Part shown: one piece after another, positions 53,338 through 56,847 of the stretch
Numbering within the stretch: position 1 is the first letter of the stretch
Layout: every line of letters begins with the position of its first letter
Origin: Bacteroidia bacterium
GTDB taxonomy: Bacteria; Bacteroidota; Bacteroidia; Flavobacteriales_D; Parvicellaceae
Reading direction: 5' to 3'
DNA: 56,847 bases
Assembly: GCA_046569885.1 (NCBI GenBank)
Contig: JBKHVV010000001.1
Location: 1 to 56,847 of the forward strand
Translations under genes and position numbers: made by a program
Notes under the pieces: generated by a model
The model's database searches: none
Told to the model about the DNA's origin: nothing
What the model saw: the letters and a program-made list of their open reading frames with translations, nothing else

Positions 53338-53585
53338 GTATTTTATTTTTTGTTTTGATTGAACGAAGATACGAAATCGTTGCTGTTTGAAAAAATCTTG
53401 TACGTTTTTTAATACAACACATCTTACGTTTAGAATCATTTTAAAATATGTAGCGTTGATTCTGTGCAAATATTAAGTGGATAAACTTCTTGCACTGGAT
53501 GTTTCTAATTCTTTATTTATATCCTTTTTAGAAAGGTATTATCTTCGCAACATTGTCGTATCAAACAAGATAACATATATACTGC

Positions 53586-53954
53586 ATGAAAGCATTCTAC
53601 ACCATTGGACTTCTTATTTTATCAAACACTTTTATGACCTTGGCGTGGTATGGTCATTTAAAATTTTCGGAATGGAAATGGTTTAATAAACTAGGATTAA
53701 TTTCTATTGTGCTTATAAGTTGGGGCATTGCGTTTTTTGAATATTGCTTTCAAGTTCCAGCGAATAAAATTGGTTTTAAAAATAATGGAGGACCTTTCTC
53801 TCTAGTTGAGTTAAAAGTCCTCCAAGAAGTAATTACGTTAGTTGTTTTTATGGTTTTCACTTTCATATTTTTTAAAAATGAAAGTTTCAAGTGGAATCAT
53901 TTTGTTGGTTTTGCCTTTCTAATTTTGGCTGTTTATTTTATTTTTAAAAAATAG
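53586..53954 (+). CDS. small DMT-superfamily membrane protein (DUF486-like)
   Basis: 122 aa with 4 TM. N-terminal LLILSNTFMTLAWYGHLKF is typical of the family. Confidence 0.6.
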   Translation: MKAFYTIGLLILSNTFMTLAWYGHLKFSEWKWFNKLGLISIVLISWGIAFFEYCFQVPANKIGFKNNGGPFSLVELKVLQEVITLVVFMVFTFIFFKNESFKWNHFVGFAFLILAVYFIFKK

Positions 53955-53955
53955 T

Positions 53956-55407
53956 TTACCCTATTACGTTCTTTTTAAACCATCCGTTAAGAACAGACAT
54001 CATAAAGAAAACTAAACTTATAAGTATTACCGTAAAGCCAACCTTTTTCCAGAAACCATTCGGCTTAGTATCGTCAATAATTATAGGCAAAATAGAACCT
54101 CTTTTAATTTTTTGATCACTTATTCTGCTTTCATATTGTTGAACGTACCAATTGTACTTTTGAGTGTCCCAGCCTGTAAGTACAGCCAATTCATCCAACT
54201 CTTTTTTGGTTCTATCAACTACGCTGTATAAGTAATTTTGTCCAGCATCACATGTTAAATCTCCAGTGGCTGTATGTGTCATGATATATCTTCCTTGAAA
54301 ATTTTCTCTGTTGGGCGTTGCTTGAAACAACAAATCTTGTGGAAATTTATCGCGTGAATAACGTACATGTAAACGAGTAAAAAATACTTGTTCGGCATTC
54401 ATGTTCCAAAACACACCTGCTTGTGCAAGGTCGTCAAATATTGGAGGATTACCAACGCACGGGTCACATTTCATACCGCCCCAATTTGGAGAAACGTTCC
54501 AAGCGTATTCTAAAAACACCGCATTTTTACCTTGATAATTGTATTCTTTATTGAATAAATCAACATAAAATTCTCCAAAGCGTTCTTGAACGAATGTTGG
54601 AATATTTCTGTCTGTAGGAATTTTTACCGTACGATAATTGGTACATTCAATGCGTCCTGTTTTAGTAAGTGCGTACACAATTAAATCTTGATCTCCCGCA
54701 GAATTTGCCATACCTAAACGAATGGGCAACATAAACTTTGGTGATTCATATTTAATTTGAAGTGGTTTCAATGTTTCGTAACCACTTGCTTTTAGACGCT
54801 CGGCATCTACTTTTACCACAAAAAATTTCAAATTACTTTTAATGTATGGTTCCAATACTTCTTCTGCCTGTTGTGGAATTTTGTAGCCATTGTCCAACAA
54901 CCAGCGTTTTAACCCATCCGATTCTTTAGCAGATAAAATCAAAATATCGTATTCATCTACTTTATATTCTGCCTCAATGGTTACTTTGTATTCTTTTTTA
55001 GCGATACTTTTTGATGGGGTTTTACTCATAGAAGCTACCTCTTGAACCGACATTGAGTAATCCATATCATAATATACTTTTGGCGAACACGGATTTTCAT
55101 CATAATATTCTACTAAACGCGGACCAGAATATTCATCTAACTTTGAAAACACGTTTGGGTTGACGGTTTTGATGTCGTGCCTTTGCAATACCGTTGGCAC
55201 AGGTACTACCATAGCGAAATCTTTTACATCTCCTTGAAAATCGCTGCTCATCGTAAGTACGCTATAGTTTCCGTCTCTTACAAGAATAACTTGAGATTTT
55301 TGATTAAATAAATTGGCATCGGCTTTTGCTACGTAAAAACCGCAAAACGGAAGTCCTTGTATGAACATAGCCACTACAAGACCTGCTGATATTACTATCT
55401 TTTTCAT
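53956..55407 (-). CDS. DUF2330-like exported protein with C-terminal membrane anchor
   Basis: 483 aa. Signal peptide, then CGFYVAKADANLFN...FAMVVPVP. C-terminal TM VGFTVILISLVFFMMSVL. Confidence 0.5.
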   Translation of the reverse strand: MKKIVISAGLVVAMFIQGLPFCGFYVAKADANLFNQKSQVILVRDGNYSVLTMSSDFQGDVKDFAMVVPVPTVLQRHDIKTVNPNVFSKLDEYSGPRLVEYYDENPCSPKVYYDMDYSMSVQEVASMSKTPSKSIAKKEYKVTIEAEYKVDEYDILILSAKESDGLKRWLLDNGYKIPQQAEEVLEPYIKSNLKFFVVKVDAERLKASGYETLKPLQIKYESPKFMLPIRLGMANSAGDQDLIVYALTKTGRIECTNYRTVKIPTDRNIPTFVQERFGEFYVDLFNKEYNYQGKNAVFLEYAWNVSPNWGGMKCDPCVGNPPIFDDLAQAGVFWNMNAEQVFFTRLHVRYSRDKFPQDLLFQATPNRENFQGRYIMTHTATGDLTCDAGQNYLYSVVDRTKKELDELAVLTGWDTQKYNWYVQQYESRISDQKIKRGSILPIIIDDTKPNGFWKKVGFTVILISLVFFMMSVLNGWFKKNVIG

Positions 55408-55409
55408 AA

Positions 55410-56252
55410 TTATATAGTTTTAGGTGTTAATGATTGTACTTTAGAAAATGGTAACCAAAAGAATTCTCTTCCTTTAAAAATCATATTGAATAAAACGGTG
55501 CTCGGCATTAAAAAAAACATTGCCCAAATAGGTGCCGTATAGTTTTGATACCAATTACCCAAAATGAACGTAACAATAGCCGTAATTATACCCCAAATTA
55601 TTCTTCCTTTTACAGATTTTGGCGTTGTAACAGGGTCTGTAATCATAAAAAAAGCAAAGAGTAAAATTGTGCCACTTGTAAATTTGTGAAAGAATACTTC
55701 TGCGCCCCATCCTTGATAAATTACTGTTCTAGAAAACTCTAAAAGCATTAGGGATGCCAAAAAAGCCACACTTATATCCACCCGTCCAACTTTAAACAAC
55801 ATTAGTAGCGCTGCTGCCGCCAAAAATGCTCCGATAACAAAACTGTTTCCCCATTGTCCAGGACTTATCCACGCATCATTAGTTAGCAGCAAGCAAATAA
55901 TTATTCCAAATAGAGATGGATTAAAAATGTGCTTACCATCATACTTTAACACAAACTTTCCTGCTATAGATAAGAATCCAACCAAAAAATAGGTAGAAAG
56001 TATATTGGCTTTAAATATTATACACAAGCCTAAGGCAGTTATCAAAGCACTTTTTAACGAATTCCAAGGCAATTTTAACACTAAAATGCCCATCGTTTGA
56101 GTGAGCATACACGATAGCAAAATTGCACCATAAGACATAATATTAGCATCCCAGTTTAAGAACCAGAGACCCAACATTAAAAATGACGAATGGAATAAGA
56201 CCTGAAAATCTCTCGGGTCTTTAAAAACTTGACTAAATTTTAATGCGTACAT
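55410..56252 (-). CDS. RnfD/NqrB-like polytopic membrane protein (short form)
   Basis: 280 aa. Motifs HIFNPSLFGI and FFMITDPVTTP resemble RnfD/NqrB. I could not find an SGAT-type flavinylation motif. Confidence 0.5.
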   Translation of the reverse strand: MYALKFSQVFKDPRDFQVLFHSSFLMLGLWFLNWDANIMSYGAILLSCMLTQTMGILVLKLPWNSLKSALITALGLCIIFKANILSTYFLVGFLSIAGKFVLKYDGKHIFNPSLFGIIICLLLTNDAWISPGQWGNSFVIGAFLAAAALLMLFKVGRVDISVAFLASLMLLEFSRTVIYQGWGAEVFFHKFTSGTILLFAFFMITDPVTTPKSVKGRIIWGIITAIVTFILGNWYQNYTAPIWAMFFLMPSTVLFNMIFKGREFFWLPFSKVQSLTPKTI

Positions 56253-56384
56253 AACAAAGCGTTTTTAGGAATTTTATAGTAAGATGTAGTTAGGTCGAAA
56301 ATTTCACAAATGGCACGAAAAAAAATTTTCTATTCCCATTTTTTTAGCTATTATTGTGTTTAGAAAAAGATAACCAACCAACCT

Positions 56385-56738
56385 ATGGACAGAGAAAACA
56401 AGAAAGAGGAAATTTATTCTGAAGCTGTAAGAGCAGGGAAAAGGACCTATTTTTTTGATGTGAAAAGCACCAAAAAAAATGATTATTACTTAACCATTAC
56501 CGAAAGCAAAAAGAAGTACTCAGAAAATGGCGAGTCATTCTATGAAAAGCACAAGCTATTTTTGTACAAAGAGGATTTTGAAAAATTTATCGAAGGCTTA
56601 CAAAACGTAGTTAAAAAAATAGATGGACTGGACGGAAGTCCACAATCAATTCCTGCCGTTCAGGCTTCTTCTGAAGTACATAAAAATGGCTCTACCGACA
56701 ATTTTACAGACATCAACTTTGAAGATTTAGATAAATAA
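56385..56738 (+). CDS. PUR-alpha-like nucleic-acid-binding protein (DUF3276)
   Basis: 117 aa. AGKRTYFFDVKSTKKNDYYLTITESKK...KHKLFLYKEDFEKF is the characteristic PUR repeat. Confidence 0.6.
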   Translation: MDRENKKEEIYSEAVRAGKRTYFFDVKSTKKNDYYLTITESKKKYSENGESFYEKHKLFLYKEDFEKFIEGLQNVVKKIDGLDGSPQSIPAVQASSEVHKNGSTDNFTDINFEDLDK

Positions 56739-56759
56739 TCTTCTGCACCTATTTCGCTT

Positions 56760-56792
56760 AAAAACCTCATACTGTGTATGGGGTTTTTGTTT
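56760..56792 (+). terminator. rho-independent terminator
   Basis: AAAACCTCATAC (56761-56772) / GTATGGGGTTTT (56776-56787) with a 3-nt loop, then a T run. Confidence 0.65.
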
Positions 56793-56847
56793 TAAATTCC
56801 TTAACATAAAAAAACAATTAAACCCTATTTTATACTAACTTTGCAGA

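Noticed and set aside
53338-53469. A 44-codon N-terminal extension of the aconitase ORF. Similar upstream extensions occur at 40147-40194 (porin), 41560-41595 (mbnP-like), 34445-34474 (moaE), 30705-30767 (fnr-like) and 15947-15973 (actA).
   Set aside because: The extensions add non-homologous residues ahead of obvious native N-termini (MAFDIEMIK...) or signal peptides, or they overlap the preceding gene. Internal ATGs give canonical proteins.
53477-53686. A 69-aa plus-strand ORF upstream of and overlapping the DUF486-like gene
   Set aside because: It is out of frame with, and overlaps, the better-supported 122-aa membrane protein. The GTG/other start and the composition look intergenic.
1-56847. 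A search by eye for CRISPR arrays, tRNA/rRNA genes, transposases, integrases, phage genes and classical defence systems
   Set aside because: I saw no regularly spaced direct repeats, no GC-rich cloverleaf-sized intergenic segments, and no ORF with recombinase, transposase, nuclease or ATPase defence signatures. The window is mostly core metabolism with small cassette-like insertions.

Overview
This 56.8-kb low-GC chromosomal segment looks like Bacteroidota, probably Flavobacteriia. The evidence is three proteins with T9SS C-terminal sorting domains, TAnnTTTG -7 promoter boxes, an Alternative Complex III operon next to an aa3-type oxidase, and a MoaC/MoaB fusion. Gene order, left to right:
- Housekeeping genes: cytochrome c fragment, hflX, O-antigen-ligase-like, S41 peptidase, rnpA, hemD, acyl-CoA dehydrogenase.
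- A Cys-rich metal-uptake module (HYC_CC_PP-like, HMA, TonB-dependent receptor).
- A two-gene T9SS cargo insertion (tyrosinase-like, BNR propeller).
- actABCDEF, then coxII and coxI.
- folA, a four-helix-bundle gene and thyA.
- An FNR-like regulator.
- Molybdenum cofactor genes: moeA, a modE-like gene, mobA, moaD, moeB, moaE, moaC/B.
- narK1-Usp, narK2, a porin, mbnP-like and mbnH-like.
- A YceI domain directly behind hppA.
- gdhA, a CRTAC1-like T9SS protein, an ECF sigma module, aconitase, a DUF2330/RnfD-like pair and a PUR-like protein.

I found no rRNA, tRNA, CRISPR array, transposase or integrase.

The observations most worth follow-up:
1. A complete YceI domain with no start codon or signal peptide lies in frame directly behind the TGA stop of the membrane pyrophosphatase.
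2. A four-helix-bundle (23S-rRNA-IVS-protein family) ORF sits between thyA and folA. It is bracketed by 25-nt inverted repeats that include the folA start codon.
3. A palindrome, mTGAy-N4-rTCAT, recurs upstream of the cox, Moco, narK, porin, mbnP and gdhA genes. It probably belongs to the locally encoded FNR-like regulator.
4. T9SS cargo genes are bracketed by duplicated host sequence: a 99-nt TBDR 3' end in one case and an identical 32-nt terminator hairpin in the other.

All functional calls come from motif recognition by eye. No database search was run.
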